Positions 50,101 through 61,057 of a stretch of 64,000 nucleotides of DNA are shown piece after piece. Each line of letters begins with the position of its first letter. Position 1 is the first letter of the stretch. The stretch spans positions 186,001-250,000 of the forward strand of contig VJWM01000135.1 in NCBI GenBank assembly GCA_010909165.1, in the 5' to 3' direction. This DNA is from Anthoceros angustus. Taxonomy: Eukaryota > Plantae > Anthocerotophyta. The notes under the pieces are model-generated. The model was not told the origin of the DNA, ran no database searches, and saw only the letters and a list, made by a program, of their open reading frames with translations. The position numbers and the translations under genes were made by a program.

Positions 50101-51168
50101 CTTCCATAGCTGACACAAACTCCTCCCCAGCCAAGGACTGAGAGCCTGGACCTGCTGAAGGGTTCAAATGCATCTCAAGTTCTTCGTGTGCTTCACTGAC
50201 ACCATGCCTCCTCTTCCTCTTTTTTTGACCTGAACAGTCTCCAAGTCATGGACTAGGAACGTAAGTCAACTGACGTAAGTCTCAGGCAGGTCTCTGGACC
50301 AAACGACATCAAACCAGCCATAGAAGACCAGAGATCTCAAACAGAATGTACAGCCCGGACCTAGTATATAGCTTGCATCATTTCCTGTAAAATCACTGAT
50401 CAAATCCAAGTGCCTCTCTTCATCATCTTCCTCCTCGGCAGCATCGTCCTCATCATCCTCATCCATGTCCAGATCATCAGCAGATGACACGTGCTCGTCA
50501 TCTTCGTTCTTCTCATCAGCAAACCCAGCTTCCTCCTCCTCCTTATCAGGATCATCTTCATCTCCGTCCTCTTCGTCTGCATCATCATCCGAGTCCTCTT
50601 CGTCACTGTTGAGATCCACCAAGTGTGGACCCTTTACCTTCAATCTCTTGGGATTCCTTTGGGGAACTTCACCCTCATCATCGTCCCCGAATGCACATTC
50701 TTCAGGAATCTCCTCGTCCTGCATCCCACAAAGCAAGTAAACCCCTTTGCTACCGATAATGAAGAGCAACCGATAAGATCATCCACCGAGTACTCACAAA
50801 CCACTTCCGGCATTGCATCAGACACGGAAATTCACGTCACCGACCTCGAAGTCCGGAGGCAACTCGTATTCCAGCCGATCGATATTATCAAACCGCCGAT
50901 TTTTACCGGATTCTTCGTCTGGTACACCCTCTTCGTACTCGTAAACATCTCCCAAATTCAGTTCATTTTCCTGCTGATCGTCATCCTCAGCTTTTGAATG
51001 CCTCGACAAATTCAGCTCCTTCTGCAGAGCTGCCGGATAGCGAGGGCCGGACTTTTGCTTCCGATTGAGAGATCCTCCATTTTCTTTGAATCTCTTGCTC
51101 GGAGGCTGTCCACCTCGCCTCCTTCCCTTGTCCTTCCCGACATTTCGAGGCCGCTTGTTGGACGGCAT
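47124..51168 (-). CDS. UTP14: U3 snoRNA-associated protein 14 (small-subunit processome), multi-exon
   Basis: DVYEYEEGVPDEESGKNRRFDNI..LEYELP, AAYENTKEDITKWQPLVKANREA, MRSLLFKHELAAKRIKKIKSKTFHRL, ERMTLKHKNTSRWAKRIL, VALPGWGQW, PFPFKSKEVYERSIRVPIGPDFN. Confidence 0.93.
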
Positions 51169-51495
51169 CGCGGTGGCAGAATTCCGGAGCTGGCCAGCGC
51201 CAGACGATTGATTCGGAGAAATCCTCCTTGTCCAAAGAGATCTTTGAATAAAATTCTTCTTCTTCTTCCTTACCTCCTGAAAGTCCAACTCCAAAACCCT
51301 ACATATACCCTAAATCTTATGCCCTAAGACAACATATATAGATACTTATAAATACGACCAAGATCGCCACGCTAGTCATTCTTCCTTCGTTTCGCACTGG
51401 GCAATCCCTCTCCCGTTGCGTCTTGTTTTCGCCGTTGACGGTCCGCTCTTGTGCCGGGATTGTGGTTTTCGCTCTGTTTTGTGTCTGGAATCTTG

Positions 51496-51592
51496 TAGAG
51501 TTGTGTTGCTTCTTGTCGGTAGAGTTGTGTTGCTCCTCATCGTTAGAGTTGTGTCGCTTTCTCATCGGTGGAGTCGTGTTGTTTCTCATCGG
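51496..51592. repeat. Four tandem 24-25 bp units
   Basis: tagagttgtgttgcttcttgtcgg / tagagttgtgttgctcctcatcgt / tagagttgtgtcgctttctcatcgg / tggagtcgtgttgtttctcatcgg. Confidence 0.8.
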
Positions 51593-51893
51593 ATGATGAA
51601 CAGTACAGAATCTTAGGACACCTTCGGACACAGTTTGACAATGCTGTGGATGAGATGGAAACTGTTGCTGACGATATAAATCAGTCCTGTTCTATGGCTT
51701 GGGTTTCTTCTTTTATTACTTTAGCTTCAGTCCTGCCTCTCTCTCGTGATGATCAACACTTTCGTTCTACTGAATGCTCTTGTAGCGATGCGGAAGAACA
51801 ATGGAGACCTGAACTGAAGAGGGTTGCTGTGTGCGTTCTTATCCCAGCTTACGATATGATTCTGCCGTGTTATGACCTTTCTACATCTTTGTC

Positions 51894-52062
51894 GAGCCCC
51901 AGTCTGGCTGACTGCCCTTTCTAACGCTGCAGAGCTCCAGTCTGGCTGACTGCCCTTTCTAACGCTGCAGAGCCCCAGTCTGGCTGACTGCCCTTTCTAA
52001 CGCTGCAGAGCCCCAGTCTGGCTGACTGCCCTTTCAAACGCTGTAGAGCCCTAGCCTGGCTG
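51894..52062. repeat. 38-bp minisatellite, 4 full copies plus a partial one
   Basis: gagccccagtctggctgactgccctttctaacgctgca starts at 51894, 51932, 51970 and 52008, with a partial copy at 52046; no spacers. Confidence 0.92.
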
Positions 52063-53054
52063 GTTGCCTCCAAGGATTGGGTGTGATATGACTGGAAAGT
52101 GAACGCTAAGTGACTCTAGGGTCTAGTCTGCAAGTTAGGGTTAGGTCTTGCTGCGTGTAGTCGAATGTGATCTTCCTTTTGCAAGGGAAGTGAGTTAACG
52201 CCTTGCGTGAGGAAAACAACAGTGTAGTCCGTTGTCCAGGGAGTTACTCTCAGGTAGGTCTCAAAAACAGTGTTTTAAAGTGAGGGGCAGTGTTGGTTCT
52301 CTCACTTTAGGGTGACCGTCCTTAAATCGTCACGGACCTGGCTGTGATGAAGTTCCCAGCTTAAAATCAAGATTGGTTCCCGTGTGCCCACAAGTTCAGA
52401 AGTAACAAAGCACGAACATAGCTGGACCATAGACGACAACCACAGGGAGCTGTCTCGGCGGAGGCAAGTGTTCCGTCGCTACTCCTCGCTTGTGCTACCA
52501 GCGATCTTGAACTAGTGACATGAACTAGAAAAATGAATTACAGCTCTTGGCTTTATCTCGATCTGGTCTGCCCACTCGTACCCCTGCAGTCGACCTCATG
52601 CACTTCCGTGGGGCTTATGCTGTGCATGTGGGCAGTGTGGCAGTGTTCCTAGTATCTTGTTCGCTGTCTTGCACGACGAAAGTAAGCCAACTATGTGTCT
52701 GGTGACTTACACCGGTTCTGGAATCAGAGCCCGCAAGCACACTCGACTCCTGGAGATACTCGTGATGCAGAGCCAGTAAGAACAACCGGATTTTTGAACC
52801 TGGGGATTGTAGGCGTTACTCGAGGGGCACTAAGACTGTATACCTCAAGGGGCCTGTGCGTCCTGTTGCAGGAAGCTTTCAACCGTAAATACCTGGACTT
52901 GCCCTCGGATCGAATCCCTGCCTTGAACAAATGGTCTCGGATTCCTGGTCATTGCAATTGGCAGCGTCGGAGCGATGCTGCACAATCTTAAAACATCGGC
53001 CATTTCAGCCACTTCCTCTTACGCCCACGTTTTCGTTTCGTAATTCAGCGAACG

Positions 53055-56006
53055 ATGCAGCCAAGTGAGCATGATGCAGCCCTTTTAGCACATACTGCTA
53101 GTCGTGTACTCGATGTGCATGTGTTTCTGGTTTACTCAATCAGACATATTCCCAGTGCACCTCATCGGCTTCGCAAGGATATAAGTTCGTTCACGAGAAT
53201 GTCTTTCTGGGAGGAGTGGGGGCCAGGAGGTCTTGTGGCTACGGTCTTCACTGGGCCAAACGTTGGGTTGGGTACCAGGCGACATCGACAGACCTCCCGT
53301 TGCTCGCCTGACTTCCTGCACTGGGAGTCCCAGGAGACCCTCTCGGTGAAAAACTCCAACAGGCCAGGTTGGGTGGTGGCTGCTCTGGGTATGCACATGG
53401 GGCGTCATATCCCGACATGGAGCTTGCCGGATGACCGCCGGTCTGCAGTAACGGCTGAAACTGTGAGCGAATCATGTCAGCACGGCAAGGTCAGGGAAGC
53501 TGTTGAGGCTCTGGGAGTTCTGGTGCAGACGGACTGCCGTATTTCCTCATCTCTGTTTTTTTCTGTCTTGAAAACGTATGGGTGTAGAAAGGATCTGGTT
53601 TTGGGTCGCCGTGTGCATGCTCTCAGTGTGGAGAAAGGGTATGAGTCGGACACGTTTCTGTGCAACCACATCCTGAGAATGTATGCCTCTCATGGCAGGT
53701 TGCAGGAAGCGATGGATGTGTTCACCGTGGTTGCCAATCCAGATGCCTTCATGTGGTCTTCCATAATTACTGCTTACGTGAAACATGGGCAAGCTAAGCA
53801 GGCCATACAGCTCTATCAGCAGATGCGGAGATCGGGTGTGAAGCCAGATGGCCATGTGTTTGTAGGAGCCCTTCAGGCTTGTGCAAGGGCAGGAGACTTG
53901 GAAAGTGGGCAGCAGGTGCATGCTGATGTGCTGGCCAGTGGAGTTGAGCCTGATTTGTTTGTTTGGAATTGCTTGGTGGACATGTATTGCAAGTGTGGGA
54001 GCTTGGAAAATGCTCAAAGGCTGTTTGACGAGCTTCCATGCAAAGATGTGGTGACATGGAACGCCATGATAGCAGGATATTCGCAGCAGGGCATGGGGCA
54101 GGAAGCCCTTTATCTTTTCAGCGCTATGCAGCAAGAAGCCATTGCTGCGCCCGATTCTGTGACATTTGTGTCTTTGCTGCAGGCCTGTGCAAGTGTGGGT
54201 ACTACTGTTTTGGAGAAGGGTAAGCAGCTTCATGCACAAATTGGAGAACAAGGGCTTCACGCAGATGTTCTTTTAGGTAGCTGTCTGGTAAATATGTACG
54301 CAAAGTGTGGCAGCCTTGAGGATGCTCAAGGGGTGTTTGACAGACTTGATCAAAAAAATGTGGTGACGTGGACCTCTCTGATAGGAGGGTATGCCCAGCA
54401 GGGCATGGGCCAGGAAGCACTTCGCCTTTACACTGCTATGCAAGAGGATGGCATTGTTGCGCCCGATTCTGTGACTTTTATGTGCCTCCTGCAAGCATGT
54501 GCAAGTGTGGGCACTTCAGCTCTGGAGCAGGGGAAACAGCTTCATGCACAGATTCGGGGACGGGGGCTTCACACTGATGTGTCTGTGGGCAACAGTTTGG
54601 TGAACATGTATGCAAAGTGTGGCAGCTTGGAAGACGCTCAAGGAGTGTTTGACAGGCTTCCTCTCAAAAATGTAGTGACATGGACTACTCTGATTGCAGG
54701 ATATTCCCAGCAAGGTATGGGCCAGGAAGCCCTTTGTCTCTACAGTGCCATGGAACAAGAAGGCCTCGCTGCACCTGATTCTGTGACATTCGTGTACCTC
54801 CTACAGGCATGTGCAAGTGTGGGTATACCAGCTTTGGAAAAGGGGAAGCAGCTCCATGCACTGATCGGAGAACAAGGGCTTCATGCTGATGTTGCTGTGG
54901 CAAACAGCTTGGTAAACATGTATGTGAAGTGTGGCAGCTTAGACGATGCTCAGGTCGTGTTTGGCAGACTAGGCCACAAAAACGTGGTGACTTGGAATAG
55001 CATGATAGCAGGATACTCTCAGCTGGGCATGGGGCAGGAAGCCATTCATCTTTACCGGGCTATGCAAGAAGAGGGCAATCTTGAGCCTAGTACTGTGACA
55101 TTTGTGTGCCTCCTGCAGGCATGTGCAAATGTGGCAGCGTTGCATCTGGGAAGGCAACTCCATGCACAAATTGAAGAACAAGAGCTGCAAACTGTTCTAG
55201 CCATTGGTTTGATCAATATGTATGCCAAGTGTGGGAGCATGCTTGCTGCACAGCAGGTATTTGAGGCATTGCCCAAAAGAGACATTGTCTCTTGGTCTGC
55301 ACTGATTGCAGGATACAGCCGTCAAGGAGACAGTGAAGTGGTCTTTGACTTAATTCGCAGGTTGGAAGGGGATGGCCTACAGCCAGATGGCGTCATATCA
55401 TTGAGTGTACTGACAGTGTGCAGTCATGCGGGTCTAGTGAAGAAGGGGAGAGAGTACTTTGAATCAATGACAAAAGACAATGGCATCACTCCTACGATGG
55501 AGCACTACGCTTGCATGGTGGATCTCTTGGGACGTGCAGGCGAACTGGACGAGGCACTAGCATTGGTAAGGACAATGCCAGCACTTCCCGATGCTGCAGT
55601 TTGGCGGACACTACTGGGTGCTTGTCAGAAGTGGAGTAACGTGGAGGTTGGACGTTATGCATTTGATGAAGTAGTGAAACTGGACGAAAACGATTCAGCA
55701 CCATATGTGTTGATGTCAAACATCTACACAAGTGTGCAGATGTGGGAGGAGGCCCAGGAGATGCAGGTAAGAAGAAAGGGAAGGGGGGCCTGGAAGCAGC
55801 CAGGCCAGAGCTGGTGGACAGACATGTACGGACTGGTGCATACTTTCGTGGTTGGGGATATAAACCATCAGGAGAGCGAAGGTATATATTCAATGCTGAA
55901 GGATGTAGTCTCAAAACTGAAGGAACAAGATGACGTGCCGCATGTGGACCCGCCATCACAGGACATCATTGGAGAGGACGCATTTGTCCGGGTACAGCTT
56001 CAATGA
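53055..56006 (+). CDS. Intronless PLS-class PPR protein, E1-E2-E+ with WW-type PG box, ending before the deaminase catalytic motif; degenerate N-terminal PDF motif
   Basis: P/L/S triplets (KDVVTWNAMIAGYSQQG / PDSVTFVSLLQAC / GNSLVNMYAKCGSL), E motifs, then KQPGQSWWTDMYGLVHTFVVGD...EDAFVRVQLQ* with no HxE or CxxC. The true start may be a downstream Met. Confidence 0.93.
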   Translation: MQPSEHDAALLAHTASRVLDVHVFLVYSIRHIPSAPHRLRKDISSFTRMSFWEEWGPGGLVATVFTGPNVGLGTRRHRQTSRCSPDFLHWESQETLSVKNSNRPGWVVAALGMHMGRHIPTWSLPDDRRSAVTAETVSESCQHGKVREAVEALGVLVQTDCRISSSLFFSVLKTYGCRKDLVLGRRVHALSVEKGYESDTFLCNHILRMYASHGRLQEAMDVFTVVANPDAFMWSSIITAYVKHGQAKQAIQLYQQMRRSGVKPDGHVFVGALQACARAGDLESGQQVHADVLASGVEPDLFVWNCLVDMYCKCGSLENAQRLFDELPCKDVVTWNAMIAGYSQQGMGQEALYLFSAMQQEAIAAPDSVTFVSLLQACASVGTTVLEKGKQLHAQIGEQGLHADVLLGSCLVNMYAKCGSLEDAQGVFDRLDQKNVVTWTSLIGGYAQQGMGQEALRLYTAMQEDGIVAPDSVTFMCLLQACASVGTSALEQGKQLHAQIRGRGLHTDVSVGNSLVNMYAKCGSLEDAQGVFDRLPLKNVVTWTTLIAGYSQQGMGQEALCLYSAMEQEGLAAPDSVTFVYLLQACASVGIPALEKGKQLHALIGEQGLHADVAVANSLVNMYVKCGSLDDAQVVFGRLGHKNVVTWNSMIAGYSQLGMGQEAIHLYRAMQEEGNLEPSTVTFVCLLQACANVAALHLGRQLHAQIEEQELQTVLAIGLINMYAKCGSMLAAQQVFEALPKRDIVSWSALIAGYSRQGDSEVVFDLIRRLEGDGLQPDGVISLSVLTVCSHAGLVKKGREYFESMTKDNGITPTMEHYACMVDLLGRAGELDEALALVRTMPALPDAAVWRTLLGACQKWSNVEVGRYAFDEVVKLDENDSAPYVLMSNIYTSVQMWEEAQEMQVRRKGRGAWKQPGQSWWTDMYGLVHTFVVGDINHQESEGIYSMLKDVVSKLKEQDDVPHVDPPSQDIIGEDAFVRVQLQ

Positions 56007-56369
56007 ATTGTGAGGGAAGCCCAAGGCTCCCCTTATATAGATTTCATAGGTTATATTCTCTTTTAGTGAATATATCAAGTATTTTATATTCCTCTTAATT
56101 TAGAGGGCCTGTAGGACCTTACAACAATGAAAATATCCAGCTCAAAGGTGCGGAGAGCGAAGTTATACCAGTGGCCTATCGATCCATTGTGCTTGTCAAG
56201 CAGTCCCGAAGAGCCTAACTACTAAGCAAAAAACATATATTAAGCAGTCATGTCTAGGATATCTATCAAGAGCACTCCTGAAGGGGAAAGATAGGATGAC
56301 AGCCCTCAAGGGAAGAGAAAATGAGGAAGAAGAGGATGCACTTCTGGAGGAAGGACAAAATGCGCAACT

Positions 56370-56870
56370 ATTTTGTTTCCCAAATGTAAAGGTTGTGCAC
56401 TTCTTAAGGAAGGAGAAGACATAAGAAGCAACTATTTCGTTTTTCAAGTGTGATTGGCACGTCATTCCTTAAGGAAAGGACAAGACAAAGCGAGCAATGA
56501 TTTTCATTTTCCAGATATGAAGGCTGTGTATTCCTCAAGAAAGGACATGATCAAATGAGCAAAGATTTTTGTTTTCCAAATGTGAAGGCCCTCCTTAAAG
56601 AAGGACAAGACGAAATAAATAACGATTTTTGTTTTCCAAATGTGAAGGCACTCCTTAAGGAAGAACAAGATGAAATGAGAGCTGCATTTCAAATAAGAAG
56701 ACCTTCCTTGATAAGACAAAATGATCGATGATTTTTGTTTTCCAAATGTGATGACACTCCTCAAGGAAGGACAAGGCAAAATGCGCAACGATTTCCAATT
56801 TCCAAATATGAATCTCCTCTTCAAGGAAGGTGAAGTATAAGATAAAATTATGAATTGTTTTGGTTTTCCA
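56370..56870. repeat. Degenerate tandem array of about 60-65 bp units
   Basis: Recurrent tttttgttttccaaatgtgaaggc...ctccttaaggaaggacaag cores at about 56372, 56435, 56501, 56566, 56626, 56732 and 56792. Confidence 0.75.
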
Positions 56871-57387
56871 TGGGCGATGTGAAGTCTTTCTACCCCTAAT
56901 CTTTCTACCCCAAATGCAAAAGTCCTTCACCATGGCATGCAAAGAAGGTCTTCTAATAAGATTGATTAATAGATCAATAAATTAAAATATTATTAATATT
57001 AATATAAAAATTGACTATGAAAAAAAATTCTTTCTGACGTTGGCTGTCTTTGTGGCATCTTGTGAAGACATGACACCAACCAATATGTAGTTAGTTGGTG
57101 GTGGAGGAAGAAGTGTAAATCACACTTGGAGTGCGACGAGGAAGAAAAGTATGGCAAGGAAAACTAGATGTACCTACATACCTAAACACAATCAAATTGG
57201 TAATACAGGAGGTATGCAAGAAGATATGCGGGCATGCGGTCCGGTTAAACCATCACGTGAATAGGTACCGTACATATCACCCGTCTCCATCTGAGCGAAG
57301 CATACAATGGGCGAGCTGCGAGTGTGACCTCTGGAATTCACGACAGGGAAGAGACAGGCAGCAGTGCAGACAGGCGGCAGGCTGCAG

Positions 57388-58774
57388 ATGGGCATGGCGG
57401 ATCTGCTGCGCTTTGCGCAAACCCTGCCGCTCCTGTTGCTCATCACAACTAGCGTCTCCAAGCTGGGTGTGGCTTGCGAGAATGTGGAGGAGAGCGGACG
57501 GCCTCGCCCGGCGCCGCAGGCAAGGAACTCGGACCATCATCCGCTGGGAGGGCTAAATTCGACATCGCCCTCGCAAGATCCGCTGCTGAGCGGGCTTGGG
57601 AGGATACAGGAAAAGGGGAGTAGGGAATATTTGGCTCTGTTCCTGGAGGAGACGCAGTGGTACAATGATCTGGTTCTGGGACCGTGGATGCCCGCCGAAT
57701 GGCGCCAGGCGTTGCCTCATGTGCTCGAGTCTTGGCTGCGGAATTACGTTGCTGGCTTGTTCGTCTACTTCGCAACTGGCGGGTTGTGGTGCCTCTACGT
57801 CTATTACCTGAAGGGGGATGTATATTTCCCGGCTGGTGAGTCGGTTGCATTTTTGCAGAATTTGGTTGCTGTGTGGCGTCGTCGGGAATGCTGGGGTTGG
57901 TGGCGGATGTGGCAAGGAGATTCTGGATGAATGTCGTTTCGGTCAGGTTTTGTTTTCCGTAGTATTCGATGGCCTGGCTTAGGCTTCAAATATTAGGTAT
58001 TTGGAATGGGAAGGAGAGGTTTGAGTTTTTGGAGGTGTTTTGCAGCATGAGTGATGGCAGGAAGTGTTTGTTGTTGTGCAGGTGGGATACCATCAAAGGA
58101 GCCTGTTCTCCTTCAGATTTATGTCACTATGCAGGCCATGCCAATGTATAGTGGTTTGCCTACAGTGTCAGAGTACATGATCGAACAGGGCTGGACACGA
58201 TGCTATGCCCGGGTACAGGAAGTTGGTGTGCTCAGATATGCTGCCTTGTGCGCCGCATACTTGATCTTCATAGAGTTCGGAATTTACTGGATGCACAGGC
58301 TGTTGCATGACATCAAGCCTCTGTACAAAAGCTTACACGCGACTCACCATATTTACAACAAGCAGAATACACTTTCTCCCTTTGCAGGTATGTTTTGCTG
58401 CTTGCCACTTTACTCATCACTTCCGGATGCAACAGGGCTCATCTGTGAATGTTGGATCCACAGGCTTGGCATTCCATCCTCTGGATGGCATATTACAAGC
58501 GGCTCCACATGTGGTTGCACTCTTCATGATTCCGACGCATCTTTTCACACATGAGCTTTTGATGTTTCTGGAAGGAGTGTGGACAACCAACATCCACGAC
58601 TGTATAGATGGGCAGGTGTGGGGAGTGATGGGTGCAGGTTATCACACCATTCATCACACCACCTACAGGCACAATTACGGTCACTACACAGTCTGGATGG
58701 ATTGGATGTTTGGCACTCTGAGGGACCCCATTGAGAGACTGGCACCAGTGCAACAGTCGAAGAAGGCCTTGTAA
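57388..58774 (+). CDS. STE1: Delta7-sterol C5(6)-desaturase, 3 exons, with N-terminal extension
   Basis: Exons 57388-57835, 58082-58387, 58464-58774. [41 protein letters not shown] and His boxes [43 protein letters not shown] and [19 protein letters not shown]. Confidence 0.95.
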
Positions 58775-59137
58775 ACAGCATGGCAGGCACGTTCCTGCTC
58801 AGCGTGTAAAATAGACGAAAGAGAGCACTGAGTTGCGGGGTTTCTTGTGGAGCGAGCTCCTCTGGATGTGGGCAGAATTGCCAAATTCTAGATGGATTAT
58901 TTTTTGGGCTCCTTGCCTTGAGGGGAAGGAATTGCAAGAGGAGGCACAATTGGCGACATGACTTGGTAAGCCTGTCGTTTGGTGTGCACTACACCACTTG
59001 CCTCTTTGTTTCTCAAATCAGTCAAGAATTAAAGCTGAAAAAAACAAGTGAGGGGAGGACGAGGGAGCATTTACACTACTAGAGTACATAGACACACAGA
59101 TGATAGGAAGCAGGACAGAGAGATGTGAAGATGATGA

Positions 59138-61057
59138 TCAGGCTACCTCTGCAGGAATGGGTAGCCCAAGATCAACAAGTCGAAAGCGCACCAGCAGCCT
59201 CACTCCAGTGAGTTCGAAGCCCTTCTTGTCATAGAGCTGCACAGCTCGGTATCCAGGCTTGATCTCGGGCACAGGAATACAAGTCTGGCCTGCAAAATCA
59301 TCCGTATCAGACATGTCATACTCGTGCACCTCCACCCGGAGCAAGGCCAGCTCCGGGGTGGTGAGCGGCAGGTCGAACTCCTCCTCCCACTTGGGGTGCC
59401 AGTCGTCCTCGATTGTTCGCGTTTTCTGCATGTGAGTGTCCGCCTGCACGCCCGCAATCCCCACCCGGGTGTAGAAATCCGGGGGCGAGAAGTTGTCGAA
59501 ATGCGTGCGCCCGAACTTCTCGTACCAGCCGCACCCCAGGTACACCTTCACCTTGAGCAGCAGCCGCGGGGGCCCGGGCTTGCGCGGGTTCCAAACCTCC
59601 GCCTTCCTGCTCAGCAAGAAGTCGGGCTTCTTCACGTAGCCACACCCGCCGTTGGCGCGGAAGAAGCCGTGCACCAGCCACAGCGGGCGGCCATAGCCCT
59701 GCATGTTGAAGGCCACCATCTGCGCGCCGTGCGTCCACGCGATGAGCGGGTTGTAGTTGGAGGAGTTGAACCTGATGCCCATGGGGAAGATCCGCAGCAG
59801 GTTCTTCTGCGTGAACCTGATCACCAGATGCCCGTAGTCCTGCACCGCCTTCTCCAGCTGCGGCTCGCTCAGGCTAACCCTGCGCACCGCGCCCTCCACT
59901 CCCAGCGCGTCCTTCGTCGATCCTCCCTTCTTCTTCCCCGCCCGGATCCCGATGATGTGCTTGTACGCCGGCGCCGCCCCCTGATCCGCATGCGACTGCT
60001 CCTCCAGGCTGGAGATGAGCGCGAATTCAGAAAGCTTCACCCCGGCCTCTTCGGCACCCTCCACCTCCGCGACCTGGCCATCGAAATCCGGCACCTCCTC
60101 CCCCCAGGCCTCCTCATCCTCCTCCTGCTTCCGCTGCCCCTTCTTGCCCTTCCCGGCGTGCCCGTTGGACTGCGGCGGCGGCTGCTGCTGTTGCCCAGAC
60201 GGCTTCTTCTCCGGCTTGGCTACAGAAAGGTACTCCTTCGGGGGCTTGGTGGAGATGAGGATCCGTCCGCGGAGCGACACCGGACTGCCGAACTCCTGGA
60301 AGCTCTCCTCGTCCGGGGGGATGTAGAGCAGGTCCTTGAGGATGGCCGTGGTCTGCTCCGCCGCCTTGGCCTGCAGCTCCGGCGTGAGGTGATCCTCGAA
60401 GGTGATGACAACCGGGAAGTTGGATGCCACAAACGCGTTGTCCCTGATGGCCAAGATGCAGCGCTCGAAATCCACGGGCTTGGTGAGCGTGTTGCCGTGC
60501 AGCACCTGGATCTTAGAGTTGGTGTCGTCCGGCCACAGATCCAGCTCGATGACGCGCACCCCGCGCTTGAGCGCGTTCACGATCGGCACCTCGCTGCAGT
60601 CGCTGTTGAGCTGGTTGCCGGTGAGGTAGCTGTTGTGGCCGGTGTAGATGTAGTAGTGCGACAGCGGGAGCGTCATGTCGTGGTGCACCTGCGCGCCGTA
60701 GGCCCCATTGAGCTGCGGGGAGAGCAGGAACTGCAGGAACTCGTCCAGATTCAGCGCGTGCGCATGCAGCTTGTTCAAGAGCGCCAGGCGGGAGGTGAAG
60801 GACTGCTCCAGCCGATGCTGCGCCTCCTCCAGGCTCACCTCCTCCCGCTGCTCCTCGACCAGGAAGCGCAGCAGGCCAGCCGGCGTAACCACCCCGTTCT
60901 CTGCGTACTTGTCGAAGAGCTGCCGCACCTCCTCGGGCGCTGCCAGGGCTCCCATCTTGAACCGCCGGCTGAAGCAGCCGCACACCTTGAAGTGGTTGAT
61001 GTTGCTCCCGGAGACGCTGGCCGCCGTAGCCTTCTTCTCCTTGCTGCCTGCCGCCAT
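59138..61057 (-). CDS. PLC: Phosphoinositide-specific phospholipase C (EF-like, X, Y, C2 domains), intronless, GC-rich
   Basis: Single 639-aa ORF: HDMTLPLSHYYIYTGHNSYLTGNQL, GVRVIELDLWP, VLHGNTLT, VITFEDHL, RFTQKNLLRIFPMGIRFNSSNYNP, NGGCGYVKKPDFL, C2 domain DFDNFSPPDFY-like...DFAGQTCIPVPEIKPGYRAV. Confidence 0.97.
   Translation of the reverse strand: MAAGSKEKKATAASVSGSNINHFKVCGCFSRRFKMGALAAPEEVRQLFDKYAENGVVTPAGLLRFLVEEQREEVSLEEAQHRLEQSFTSRLALLNKLHAHALNLDEFLQFLLSPQLNGAYGAQVHHDMTLPLSHYYIYTGHNSYLTGNQLNSDCSEVPIVNALKRGVRVIELDLWPDDTNSKIQVLHGNTLTKPVDFERCILAIRDNAFVASNFPVVITFEDHLTPELQAKAAEQTTAILKDLLYIPPDEESFQEFGSPVSLRGRILISTKPPKEYLSVAKPEKKPSGQQQQPPPQSNGHAGKGKKGQRKQEEDEEAWGEEVPDFDGQVAEVEGAEEAGVKLSEFALISSLEEQSHADQGAAPAYKHIIGIRAGKKKGGSTKDALGVEGAVRRVSLSEPQLEKAVQDYGHLVIRFTQKNLLRIFPMGIRFNSSNYNPLIAWTHGAQMVAFNMQGYGRPLWLVHGFFRANGGCGYVKKPDFLLSRKAEVWNPRKPGPPRLLLKVKVYLGCGWYEKFGRTHFDNFSPPDFYTRVGIAGVQADTHMQKTRTIEDDWHPKWEEEFDLPLTTPELALLRVEVHEYDMSDTDDFAGQTCIPVPEIKPGYRAVQLYDKKGFELTGVRLLVRFRLVDLGLPIPAEVA

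Noticed and set aside
51894-52062. CRISPR-like appearance of the 38-bp repeats
   Set aside because: The units are directly adjacent with no unique spacers, there are no cas genes, and the context is eukaryotic
6738-61057. Apparent membrane-lipid gene cluster (BTA1-like, LPAT2, STE1, PLC)
   Set aside because: The genes belong to different pathways, are spread over 55 kb and are interspersed with unrelated housekeeping genes; no shared regulatory signal seen
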